A stretch of 64,000 nucleotides of DNA from Candidatus Latescibacterota bacterium. Its GTDB lineage: Bacteria; Latescibacterota; UBA2968. Where the stretch lies: positions 3,616,001 to 3,680,000 of the forward strand of contig OZ242311.1 of the NCBI GenBank assembly GCA_965207885.1. Direction: 5' to 3'. Numbering within the stretch: the first letter of the stretch is position 1; each line of letters opens with the position of its first letter. A program made the position numbers and the translations under genes. Shown here piece by piece: positions 25,123 to 35,116 of this stretch. Under the pieces are notes generated by a model. It was not told the origin of the DNA. It ran no database searches and worked only from the letters and a program-made list of their open reading frames with translations.

Positions 25123-27249
25123 TTAGAACAGACAGAGTTGATCGCGTGCGACGGGCTGGATCAAGGGAAATAGACGGCGGAATTCGCCATCGGGAAATAG
25201 AACGCGAAAACGCTCGGCCATATCGTGCAATCGGCGCAACAAATAGCCCCGGTCTTCATCGTGGGTAAAAAATTCTGTTCGGGAAAGGGAGCCATCCTGG
25301 CACTGGTAAACCGCAATCCGCTCGCCAATGCGACAACCCGCAGCGGCCATAGCAAGTCGGCTCAGATTCGGGTTGGAAAAGGTTTTTTTAGTAATGCGTT
25401 CAAACCGGCAAAAATCTTCGGGATCAATTTCGCCGTCTTGCAACTTGCGTCCCAGAGATAGATATGCGCGAGAAGCGGCATCTGTATCGCCATCGACGAG
25501 CAGGGGCGCAATCTCTGCAATAAACTGTCGAAAGATGCGCTCATCGCGCCGGCTTCGCAGGCTGCTGCCCACAAGCGAGACACGACCATCGTAATCGACG
25601 AGAATATAATTTTTTGCCTTGAGACTGATCATCCCTTTAAAGCGACCGTCGTGCGAGAGATGAATACCACGGGGCAAGGCAGTCGAAATTTCCTCTATGA
25701 GTTGTTCTTCATCGGCCTCTGTCTCGACGTGCGGTGGCGCAACAAAATAAGCCCCATCGGTATCTACTTCGATAATATCCCCACCGGCATCGCGCAACTC
25801 AGCCACGAGTTGGCGGGCGATTTGCTGCCCGACTACAGTAATTTTTTCCGCGGCGTGGTAGTCGTTAAAACACGCGCGTCCGTATCCCAGATATCCGTAA
25901 AAAGAATTGATGAGAATTTTGTAACTGCCCTGCAGCCCATCCCAGTATGCGCGGTCGGTTTCATCACGTGCACTTTGAAAATTTGTCTTGGCCTCAAGGC
26001 GTCGCTGCGTAAGGTGTTCGAGCATGGGCAAAAAAGCATTTTCAGTATCGGTTGCCGGGCGAATCTGTTGGGTAAGCATAATCGATGGATAAAGACTTTC
26101 GACATCGGCTTTGACCACCCGCTTAAAAATACCCGAAGCCACGAGTCGCGTATAGCCACCGCTAAATCCCTTTGAGGGCCGCGGTTTGGGAATGGCGAGA
26201 TTGCGCCGCAGATAAAGCCCTACCATGAGAGCGTTGATTTTCTCGCCCGGACCGCTGATCGCAGCGTCTTGAAAGTTGTATGGCAAAATCTGTGTCTGAT
26301 AAAATTCAGTGGGAACGACCACCTCGCTGAGCGCTTTGACATCGCGCACATCGTCGAGCGCGTAGTCAATGAGACGTTGCGGATTGGTGCGCCAGGTATG
26401 GGCAATTTCTTCCCCATCGACAAACGTGCGCCCTGCCCGCTCAAGACCGAGTGCGTGGATGACTTGCTTAAGACCATAGCGCTCCAGCTTGCCCCCGGTA
26501 TCATAACGCTGTACCTGTTGCAGCGTGTCGATAATGTGTCGCCCGTGGATATAAGCCGGGCGAAAGCCCGGGATTTGTGCCCCAACTTTGAAGACGCGCT
26601 GCCCATGCCCTGCGCGCAATGCCGACCCATTGCGCCCCCATGTGAGGGAAAGGCCATAGTGTTGAGCGCGGGCGACGAGATAGGGCAAGTCAAATTCAAA
26701 AATATTGTGGCCTTCAATCGTATCGGGGTTGCGCACTTCGATCACTTTGTTGAGGTTGCGAAGCAGATCTGCCTCGCTCATATCCGTAGCGCTCAATACA
26801 GTCTCATATCCCTGAGAATCGGAAACTGAGATGAGAATAATCTCTGCATCGGGTGCCGAGGGATCGAGCGTGAGGGTCTCGATATCGAGTTGCAAGCGGT
26901 GGAGGTCGCCGTAGCGCATCTCTCGAAAGAGGGTTTGGCCCGAAAGCGTCAGATGCTGCCGCACGGGATTGTTAAAATTAAAATGCGGTATGCCATCCTG
27001 GGCGAGGCGGTCGCGTGCCGCGAGAAAATGAGACCAGTTGTGAAAGTGTATCCGCGCGCGAAATTCGCCGCCGCCTTTGAGACGCACGCAATCTGAAACC
27101 CCTGAAAAGCCAGACCGGGCAGACTCTTCGGGCGTCTCAACGAGCAACCATGGGGAAAAGGGTTGCAGGTGGCAATGGTCGCGCGTGTAGAGCACCATCT
27201 GATTCCCGCCGACGAGTTCGGCAGCGAGAACACCGGGGAGATAAGCCAT
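25123..27249 (-). CDS. polB: Family-B DNA polymerase (Pol II-like) with 3'-5' exonuclease
   Basis: Exo motifs LDIET, GHNIFEFDLPYL, YALDDV; pol motifs DVESLYPS, KILINSFYGY, VDTDG; C-terminal QLCLF clamp-binding motif. Start MAYLP after GGAG. Confidence 0.88.
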   Translation of the reverse strand: MAYLPGVLAAELVGGNQMVLYTRDHCHLQPFSPWLLVETPEESARSGFSGVSDCVRLKGGGEFRARIHFHNWSHFLAARDRLAQDGIPHFNFNNPVRQHLTLSGQTLFREMRYGDLHRLQLDIETLTLDPSAPDAEIILISVSDSQGYETVLSATDMSEADLLRNLNKVIEVRNPDTIEGHNIFEFDLPYLVARAQHYGLSLTWGRNGSALRAGHGQRVFKVGAQIPGFRPAYIHGRHIIDTLQQVQRYDTGGKLERYGLKQVIHALGLERAGRTFVDGEEIAHTWRTNPQRLIDYALDDVRDVKALSEVVVPTEFYQTQILPYNFQDAAISGPGEKINALMVGLYLRRNLAIPKPRPSKGFSGGYTRLVASGIFKRVVKADVESLYPSIMLTQQIRPATDTENAFLPMLEHLTQRRLEAKTNFQSARDETDRAYWDGLQGSYKILINSFYGYLGYGRACFNDYHAAEKITVVGQQIARQLVAELRDAGGDIIEVDTDGAYFVAPPHVETEADEEQLIEEISTALPRGIHLSHDGRFKGMISLKAKNYILVDYDGRVSLVGSSLRSRRDERIFRQFIAEIAPLLVDGDTDAASRAYLSLGRKLQDGEIDPEDFCRFERITKKTFSNPNLSRLAMAAAGCRIGERIAVYQCQDGSLSRTEFFTHDEDRGYLLRRLHDMAERFRVLFPDGEFRRLFPLIQPVARDQLCLF

Positions 27250-27364
27250 TGTATTGCTCCAATTTGTTAAGAGGAGAGGTAAACAAATATAGCCAATTTT
27301 TATACGCCTTGCAATGTGATGGGTTCGCAAACCACGAGAACACACATTTTGTCAAGCCTTTTGA

Positions 27365-27393
27365 TTGACGTATAAATCTGCGTGGGCTATGTT
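27365..27393 (+). promoter_or_regulatory. Putative sigma70 promoter of the propeller-TlpA lipoprotein gene
   Basis: TTGACG-N17-TATGTT. Confidence 0.5.
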
Positions 27394-27448
27394 ATATGGA
27401 ACCAGGGAGACGCGATTGCGTAAAAAGGTTCAGGAGAGGAGATTTATC

Positions 27449-30448
27449 ATGAATACACTCAATAAGAATAGTCGCGTACCAGCACTGGTGATCGCGGTGA
27501 TGTTTATTGCGGGGGCAGTGGTAATTGGCTGTAAGGATCAAACAAATGTCGATCAAATTGTGTTCAAAGGTGGCGTTGCTATAACCGACACCAGCAAAGT
27601 GTCGGGCACGATTTCGTGGCGCATGCGCGATGGGCGCATGTGGTGGCATGGTAGCGACGGGCTTTATTTGCAAGATGGAGATACGTGGCAAAAATTCACA
27701 TTGCCAGAAGGTGGTTCATTGAATTACATCAGTGCCTTTATGCAAGCACGCAATGGCTCAGCGTGGTTTGCTGGCTCGTATAAAGGTCGCCCGATTATCG
27801 CGAACTTTATTGAAAAAACGTGGCGGATATGGGATAATAAAACGGGATTGGGAGAACACGGAGTTGGATTTAAATTTGCCGAAGACCTGAACGGCGGTAT
27901 ATGGATTCGCACGAGCAATAAAGATATTACAGCACGCGGTGGCGCTGATCGCGTCAAGGGTGGAAACGGGGTTTTGCACTTTGATGGCAAAACATGGCAC
28001 AACTATACCGTGGAAGATGGACTGATTCACAACCGGATTTACGATGTGGAAGCCGATCCCAATGGCGGGATGTGGATCGCGACCCTTCGCGGATTGAGCC
28101 ATTACAAAGATGGAAAATGGACGTCTCACCTTGTCGATAATATTCCCGTTGAAGAGATACGCAGCGCCCATGTTTACGAGGGCCGCAAAACCTATGAGCT
28201 ATTTTACGATCGAGAAGGCACACTTTGGGCCTTACATGGATCACATCGCGGGCGCACCATAACGCGGAGCAGAGGCGGGATTTCCAGTTTTGATGGTACA
28301 ACCTGGACATACCAGGATGCACACGCGGGATTGCCTATTCGCGCGTCTCGAAACATCTGGCAAACAGAAAACGGCGATTTGTGGTTTGGTACGAATCCAG
28401 ATGACGGTAACGTGGTGGAAGCCAGAGGTTTAGTGCGATATAAAGATGGAATGTGGTTGCGATTTACGCGCAGACATGGCATCCCCGGCGATTATGTACG
28501 AAGTCTGAAAGAAAAAGAGGATGGCTCTTTTTCTTTAGATATGTCTGGTACCGCATCATACAGACTACCAATTGATAGTCTGATAACGATTTCAGGCAAG
28601 GTTATAGGTCAGCGCAACGATCAACCCGTAGCAAATATGGGAATATGGGTTGAGTACAACGATGGCGAGGTACATGCAGGAACTCTGACAGATGCAGATG
28701 GCCGCTATCGCGTTGAAGTCACACCAGGTTCATACCGGGTGCGGATCGCGTCTAAGAACGCGGCTGAATCCGTGACTGTTGACGCTGAATCTGATCGTGA
28801 AATTGACAATGTCGATCTGATCTTGCTCAACTCTCGCCGCGTATCAGGTTTCGTACGCGACACCTCTGATAATCCGATTGCCAATGCGATTGTGGTGATT
28901 TCCGATGATTCTTCAGGAGATCGACGGCTGTCTCCTCAGGTCGTGACCACAGATGTCGATGGAAAGTTTGAAGGCTGGCAGGTCGCTGGCCCACAAGCTA
29001 CTTTCGAGATTACCGCAGAAGGATATGCACAAACCGCGCTAACAGTTGAAAATGCAGCCACAGACCTGATAGCAATTGCCCTAAAAGAAGGAATAACCTT
29101 ACGCGGTCGCATTGTCGATGATTCTGACCAACCCGTTGCAGGGGCGCGCGTAGCCCAGGGACGACCCCCGGTTCCCGGTGCTAAATATACAGCAGCACCT
29201 CCCCTTCCCTTTCAACGCAATACCTATACCGAGGCGTCGGGTTTATTTACCCTTCAGAATATAGATGCGTTCAAAGGTCATATATGGGTAACCCATCCCG
29301 AGATTGAAATCACGAATCAAAAAATTGTACCTGTCGATAATACAATAAAACTCAAAATTGACGATGCGGGGCAGGCTGTGATGGACATAGATATCCCAGT
29401 GAAACGTATCCGTGTGTATTCTGTTTCAGGCGTGGTATCGCTAAATGAAGGTTCTGTAGAAGGGCTGGAAATCACGGCTTTTTCATTTAAAAGATCAAGT
29501 GGTCCTATTTATCCGGAAACGGACCATACAGATGCTAATGGTGCATATCGTTTAGACGATTTGGAGCCAGGGGAATATCACATTTCCGTGAGAGCGCCTG
29601 AAGAAATGGAAATAGACGGGCGCAAGATGACAATACATCGCCCAATTCAAGCTCAGACACTGGTAGTTGAAGATCGCGATGTGACGCTGAACTTTGAACC
29701 CCTGGGCGATACGCGAATCACAGGTGTTGTAACTTACAACGACCAGCCTATTTCAGATGTTTATGTAAGTACCCATATTGTAGCCGATAGCCCTGAGAAT
29801 TTTGTCGCACTAAGCGGTGCGAAAACGGATACAGACGGACGGTTTGAGTTGCGTGATCTACCTTCTGGGCGGATTGCCATTTCTCTTCACAAAATGGACA
29901 ACCCCGATTCTGGAGGAAAACGATGGAGCAAAGTCGATACTATTGATCTGACAAATAAGAAAGAATTGAGTTATATGGCGACATTGGAAATGGAGGAACG
30001 CCCGACTTTGAGCGTAGGAGATATAGCCCCTGAATTTGAGGCTAAGCGACTAAATGGTTCAACCTTCCGACTCGCAGATTATCGAGGCAAAAAAGCCGTG
30101 TTGATCGACTTTTGGGCAACGTGGTGTCCTCCGTGTATTGATGAAATTCCAATGATCAAAAGCATTTCCGAAACCTATCGAGATCAGGGCCTGGAAGTCG
30201 TAGGCGTGAGTTTGGACCGGGATGAGCAAGCACTGCGAGATTTTGTCAAAGAAAAAAAGCTGAGCTATGTGCAGGTATTTGACAAAGAAAAATCGCAGAC
30301 AATTGCAAAATCCTATGGTGTATGGGGCATCCCATCGGTATTTCTGGTAGATAAAAACGGCGTCATCAACGCGCTGAAGCTGCGTGGTGATCGCACAGAA
30401 GCGGCTGTGAAGGCATTATTGGACAATGGATCTATTTCAGCTAATTGA
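27449..30448 (+). CDS. Predicted lipoprotein: two-component-regulator-type beta-propeller, CnaB/carboxypeptidase-regulatory-like repeats, C-terminal TlpA-like thioredoxin
   Basis: Signal ending VIGC; NYTVEDGLIHNRIYDVEADPNGGMWIAT propeller repeats; ISGKV...TDADGRY repeats; [15 protein letters not shown]...YGVWGIPSVFLVD. Confidence 0.8.
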   Translation: MNTLNKNSRVPALVIAVMFIAGAVVIGCKDQTNVDQIVFKGGVAITDTSKVSGTISWRMRDGRMWWHGSDGLYLQDGDTWQKFTLPEGGSLNYISAFMQARNGSAWFAGSYKGRPIIANFIEKTWRIWDNKTGLGEHGVGFKFAEDLNGGIWIRTSNKDITARGGADRVKGGNGVLHFDGKTWHNYTVEDGLIHNRIYDVEADPNGGMWIATLRGLSHYKDGKWTSHLVDNIPVEEIRSAHVYEGRKTYELFYDREGTLWALHGSHRGRTITRSRGGISSFDGTTWTYQDAHAGLPIRASRNIWQTENGDLWFGTNPDDGNVVEARGLVRYKDGMWLRFTRRHGIPGDYVRSLKEKEDGSFSLDMSGTASYRLPIDSLITISGKVIGQRNDQPVANMGIWVEYNDGEVHAGTLTDADGRYRVEVTPGSYRVRIASKNAAESVTVDAESDREIDNVDLILLNSRRVSGFVRDTSDNPIANAIVVISDDSSGDRRLSPQVVTTDVDGKFEGWQVAGPQATFEITAEGYAQTALTVENAATDLIAIALKEGITLRGRIVDDSDQPVAGARVAQGRPPVPGAKYTAAPPLPFQRNTYTEASGLFTLQNIDAFKGHIWVTHPEIEITNQKIVPVDNTIKLKIDDAGQAVMDIDIPVKRIRVYSVSGVVSLNEGSVEGLEITAFSFKRSSGPIYPETDHTDANGAYRLDDLEPGEYHISVRAPEEMEIDGRKMTIHRPIQAQTLVVEDRDVTLNFEPLGDTRITGVVTYNDQPISDVYVSTHIVADSPENFVALSGAKTDTDGRFELRDLPSGRIAISLHKMDNPDSGGKRWSKVDTIDLTNKKELSYMATLEMEERPTLSVGDIAPEFEAKRLNGSTFRLADYRGKKAVLIDFWATWCPPCIDEIPMIKSISETYRDQGLEVVGVSLDRDEQALRDFVKEKKLSYVQVFDKEKSQTIAKSYGVWGIPSVFLVDKNGVINALKLRGDRTEAAVKALLDNGSISAN

Positions 30449-30494
30449 TATCGCGCATGACTTTCTACTATATTGAGCTTCTGATATGCGTCCC

Positions 30495-30524
30495 AACCGC
30501 CCAGTAACAACGGGCGGTTTTTTT
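30495..30524 (+). terminator. Intrinsic terminator
   Basis: AACCGCCC-loop-GGGCGGTT followed by a T run. Confidence 0.8.
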
Positions 30525-30550
30525 ATACCTGCTGAGCATTAAAAAATCAT

Positions 30551-30633
30551 TGCTAATTTTTTCGCTATTTGGGCTTGACAACGAATTTTTAATAGGATAT
30601 TTTTCCATAACTGATATGCTAATTATTTCGCAT
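30551..30633 (+). promoter_or_regulatory. blaI-operon promoter flanked by two candidate operator boxes
   Basis: TTGACA (30575)-N17-TATTTT; boxes TGCTAATTTTTTCGC (30551-30565) and TGCTAATTATTTCGC (30617-30631). Confidence 0.6.
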
Positions 30634-30666
30634 AGTATCATTCAAGTGAACAAAAAGGAGCTAAAA

Positions 30667-31050
30667 ATGGCAAGACTGCGACAAGAGGGATTGACCACTC
30701 GCGAAATGGAACTCATACAGGTACTCTGGCAACAGAAAGAAGCAACCGTCGAGATGATCCAGGCAAAATTGCCCAACCGATTAGAAGGATCAACCATTCG
30801 CACACTCCTGCAAATCATGGAAGACAAAGGCTATGTGACGCATGAAAAGCAAGGACGCGCCAATGTGTACCGCCCCATAATCGAACAACAGCGGGTTCAA
30901 TCCTCTGCAATGAAACACATCATTCAAAAACTATTTGGCGGATCAACCGAACTATTGTTGGTGCGGCTGGTTGAAGACGAAGAGATAGACATGGACGATG
31001 TGGCGCGATTGCGTGAAAAACTCAAGCAACGCAAAGGAGACACAGCATGA
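30667..31050 (+). CDS. BlaI/MecI/CopY-family transcriptional repressor
   Basis: [13 protein letters not shown]...[16 protein letters not shown]...KLFGGS; AAGGAG SD; ATGA overlap with the M56 gene. Confidence 0.92.
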   Translation: MARLRQEGLTTREMELIQVLWQQKEATVEMIQAKLPNRLEGSTIRTLLQIMEDKGYVTHEKQGRANVYRPIIEQQRVQSSAMKHIIQKLFGGSTELLLVRLVEDEEIDMDDVARLREKLKQRKGDTA

Positions 31051-34000
31051 TCGGCACACCTGTATTGGAATCCATTGCCATCTTTCTCCTTGATGCGACT
31101 ATCAAGACCACCCTATTTATGGGCCTTGTTCTATTTGCCGTATGGCTCCTGGATACGCGACAGGCAACAAAGCGCAGTTTGCTTTTGAACTGGTGTCTTG
31201 TAGGCGTGCTGGTCATTCCCATCGCATCATTGTGTATGCCTTCACTGCGATTTCAATTTGATTCGCCACCATTCCCTTCCGAACCAGCAGTACCGCCCGC
31301 CGAACGTGTTGTTGCGCCCGATACACCTCTGACAAAATCCCCTCCTGTGTTGAAGCAACAAAAGGTATCTACCAAAGCTCTATCCCAGGACATTGAATTC
31401 TCTCAAGACTTCGCATCTCCCTCCCCTGCACAGATTGTTTTCGCCCAAAATGCCTCGACAAAATCAATTGATTGGACGACCTACATACTGAATAAAATCA
31501 CTTCGGCATATGCTTTGTATGGTGTAATGGCGATCTATGCTATTGGCTTATTAGTTTTATTGATTCGGGTAATCTATTGTCTGATAATGGTTTATAAATT
31601 CCGACAATCTTTAATGCCCTGTGAAGGCGAACAGCTTCAGAATAATTTACAGGTCTTAAAAAACCAATTAGGTATTCGGCGATCCGTCGCACTCGCCGTC
31701 AGTGACCAAATCGGCAGTCCAACTCAAGTAGGACTCCTGAAGCCAGTAGTCGTATTGCCCTCGCCTATGGTCGAATCGCGCGACCAGTTGGAATCGATTT
31801 TGATTCACGAACTCATTCATGTGAAGCGATGGGATTGTCTGTATCGTCTGCTGGCAATGGTGGGCCTGGCGTTTTACTGGTTCAATCCCCTATACCACCG
31901 CGTCAAACACTTGCTTTTTGAAGTTCAAGAACAAGCCTGTGATGATTGGACAGTGACCGCAACTGGCAATTCTGAAAGCTATGCGGATACGCTTCTCAAT
32001 GTGGCGACCCAACTACGTCCTCGTCCTGCGATAGCTCTGGGCATGGACATGGCGCGAACAACTCAGGTCATGGCGCGCGTCAATCGCATTATCACCCTGG
32101 GCGGTCATGTGTCTCCGCGCGTGGGTCGCGTATCGGCACTGGTGATGGCAGTGGTATTTATCGGTGGAGCGACAACTATTGGCAGCCTGACTACTTCAAA
32201 GGTCGATCACAATGATCAAAAGGTTGTGTTTGAAGGTGGTGTTGCCGTAACCGATACCAGCGACGTATCGCAGCGAACACTTCCAATGAAAATGCGCGAT
32301 GGTCGCCTGTGGTGGCGCGGTGAGAACGGCCTTTATTTGCAGGATAGAGATGCGTGGCAAAAGTTCACATTGCCTGAAGGTGGCTCATTCGACCAAATAC
32401 ATGCCTTTATGCAAGCGCGCAATGGCTCAATGTGGTTTACCGGTATATATAAAAATGGGCCAATTGTCATGAGCTTTAGCGGAAAGACATGGCAGATATG
32501 GGATTCAAAAACAACGGGCCTGGGAAAAATTACCGCTGGATATGACTTTGCCGAAGATGAGGATGGTGGTATCTGGATTTCCCACCACGGTATGGGAAAT
32601 ATCAGAGCATACGGAGGCGCTGATCGCTTCAAAGGTGGAAACGGCGTCTTGCATTTTGATGGCAAAGCATGGCGCAACTATACCGTGAAAGATGGATTGA
32701 TTCACAATCGGGTTTACAATGTGGAAGCCGATCCCAAAGGCGGCGTGTGGATCGCAACTCTCCGCGGATTGAGCCACTACAAAAATGGGAAATGGATCTC
32801 TCATATTGTCGATAGCATGCCCATAGAGGGCGTGCGTAATGGCAATATATATGATGGCCACAAGGTATATAAACTATTTTCCGATCAAAAAGGCACGCTT
32901 TGGGCCGCGCATGGATCGACTATTGGGCGCACCATAACACGGCATATAAGCGGGATCTCCAGCTTTGACGGTACAGCCTGGACACACTACGATGCACATG
33001 TTGGATTACCTGTAAATGCGTATCGAAATATCTGGCAAACAAAAAATGGCGATCTGTGGTTTGGTACGCATCAAGGTGACCAACAGAAAGTAGAGGCAAA
33101 AGGTCTGGTGCGATATAAGAATGGGATGTGGTTGCGGTTTACCCGCAAACACGGTATTCCCGGCGATTTTGTAGGGGGTTTGGCAGAAAAAGGCGATGGG
33201 TCTTTTTATCTGGGTGTTTCTGGTATTGTATCTTATAAGCCACCTATCGATCACCTATCAACAATATCTGGTAAAGTGATCGATCAGCGCGACGGTCAAC
33301 CCGTAGCAAATATGGGAATATGGGTTGAATACGACGATGGCGAGGTGCATGCCGGAACCATGACAGATGAAGATGGCCTTTACCGCGTCGAAGTCACCCC
33401 CGGATCGTATCGCATGCGGATCGCATCTAAGAATGCGGCTGAACCTGTCACCGTTAATGCAAAACCCGAGGATAAAATTGAAGACATTGATCTGCTCTTG
33501 CTCAACTCGCGCCGCATCTCTGGTCGCGTACTCGACACGTCTGATAATCCGATTGCCAATGCTGTCGTGGTGATTTCCGATGATTCTTCAGAAGACCGAA
33601 GGTTGTCTCCTCAGATCGTGACCACAGATGCCAATGGAAAATTTGAAGGCTGGCAGGTCTCGGGACCGAAGGCTACTTTTGAAGTCGCAGCAGAAGGATA
33701 CGCACAAATCGTGCGAGAAGTTGAAAATGCCATTGAAGAGCAAGTAGTGATTAGTCTCAAAAAAGGCAAGACATTCCGCGGTCGCGTTGTGGATGAGTTG
33801 GGCACACCCATTGCCTGGGCGCGCGTTGGTCTCGGACCTCCGCCGGATCCTGAAAAGAAAGTATATACATTGCCCGCATTGCCCTTCCAGTGCAATACTT
33901 ATACAGATGCGTCGGGTTTGTTCACTCTAAATGACGTAGCGGAAGGTCACATCTGGGTGAATCATCCTGAGACCGGAATGGTGAATCAAGAGGTTATGCC

Positions 34001-35077
34001 TGCCGAGGACGTGACAGATATCCGCATAGAGCGTTTGCGTTTGTACTCTATTTCAGGCGTGGTATCGCTAACTGGTGTGCCCGTAGAAAGGCTAAGGGTC
34101 AGTACCACTTCCTTTACTGGAGCAAAATCCAGACCCCAGGTAGGTCGCCCGGACGCTAATGGTGCATATCGTCAGGAGGGTCTGGAGCCGGGGAAATATC
34201 ATATTGCCGTACTCGCACCCGAAAAAGAGGAAAGGGATGGACGCACAATCGCAATACATCGCAATGTTCAATCTCAGGTGCTGGTAATCAAAGACCGCGA
34301 TGTAACATTGAACTTTGAGCCTCTGGGCGATGCGCGAATTACAGGTGTGGCAACTTACAAGGGACAGCCCGTTTCAGATGTTGCCATAAGTATCCATACT
34401 ATAGGCGATGATCCTGAGAATTTTGTCTCGCTAAACGGCAAAAAAACAAACAAAGAGGGCCGGTTTGAATTACGCGGTCTGCCTTCTGCACGAATTACCA
34501 TTTCTTTTCTTAAAATGGAACGCCTCGTTCTTGGTGGAAAACGCTGGAGCAAAGTCGATAGGATTGATCTGACGAATAAAAAAGAATTGAGTTATATAGC
34601 AGAATTGGAAATGGAGGAACGTCCGACCTTGAGCCTGGGAGATATGGCACCTGAATTCGAAGCCAAACAGTTGGATGGTTCAACATTTCGGCTCGCAGAT
34701 TATCGGGGCAAAAAAGCCGTGTTGATTGATTTTTGGGCAACGTGGTGTCCCCCCTGCGTCGATGAAATTCCGACAATCAAAAAAATTGCTGAAATCGAGA
34801 TCAGGGGCTGGAAGTCGTGGGCGTGAGTTTGGATCGCGAAGAGAAGGCATTACGAGATTTTGTAAAACAAGAAAAGCTGAGCTATGTGCAGGTATTTGAA
34901 AAAGAAAAAACACGAGTGATTTCAAAATCCTACGGTGTATGGGGCATGCCATCGGTATTTCTGATAGATAAAGATGGCGTCATCAACGCGATAAAGCTAC
35001 GCGGAACTCGCACGGAAGCGGCTGTGAAGGCGTTATTAGACACTGGCCTACAGACGGCTAATGGAAATTCGCGATAG
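31047..35077 (+). CDS. BlaR1-like M56 peptidase sensor fused to propeller, CnaB repeats and TlpA thioredoxin; 4-bp frameshift at ~34793 (annotated ORF ends 34826)
   Basis: [31 protein letters not shown]56 motifs; ectodomain paralogous to 27449; WCPPC; remainder of the thioredoxin in another frame to 35077. Confidence 0.85.
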
Positions 35078-35116
35078 ACTTTTTATGGCGTTGATGATTA
35101 TTTCAAGGGAATAACA

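Noticed and set aside
27250-27365. LexA/SOS box upstream of polB
   Set aside because: No convincing palindrome matching a LexA motif I know.
30550-30666. N-terminal extensions in the ORF track (blaI; also DUF6785a, cyoE, polB, 27365 ORF, rplE, rplO, rplW, fusA)
   Set aside because: Extensions overlap promoters, terminators or upstream genes; downstream starts fit SD position and homolog N-termini better.
34780-34830. Programmed ribosomal frameshift in the BlaR1 thioredoxin
   Set aside because: Alignment with both paralogs shows a plain 4-bp deletion; the upstream A run is not needed to explain it.
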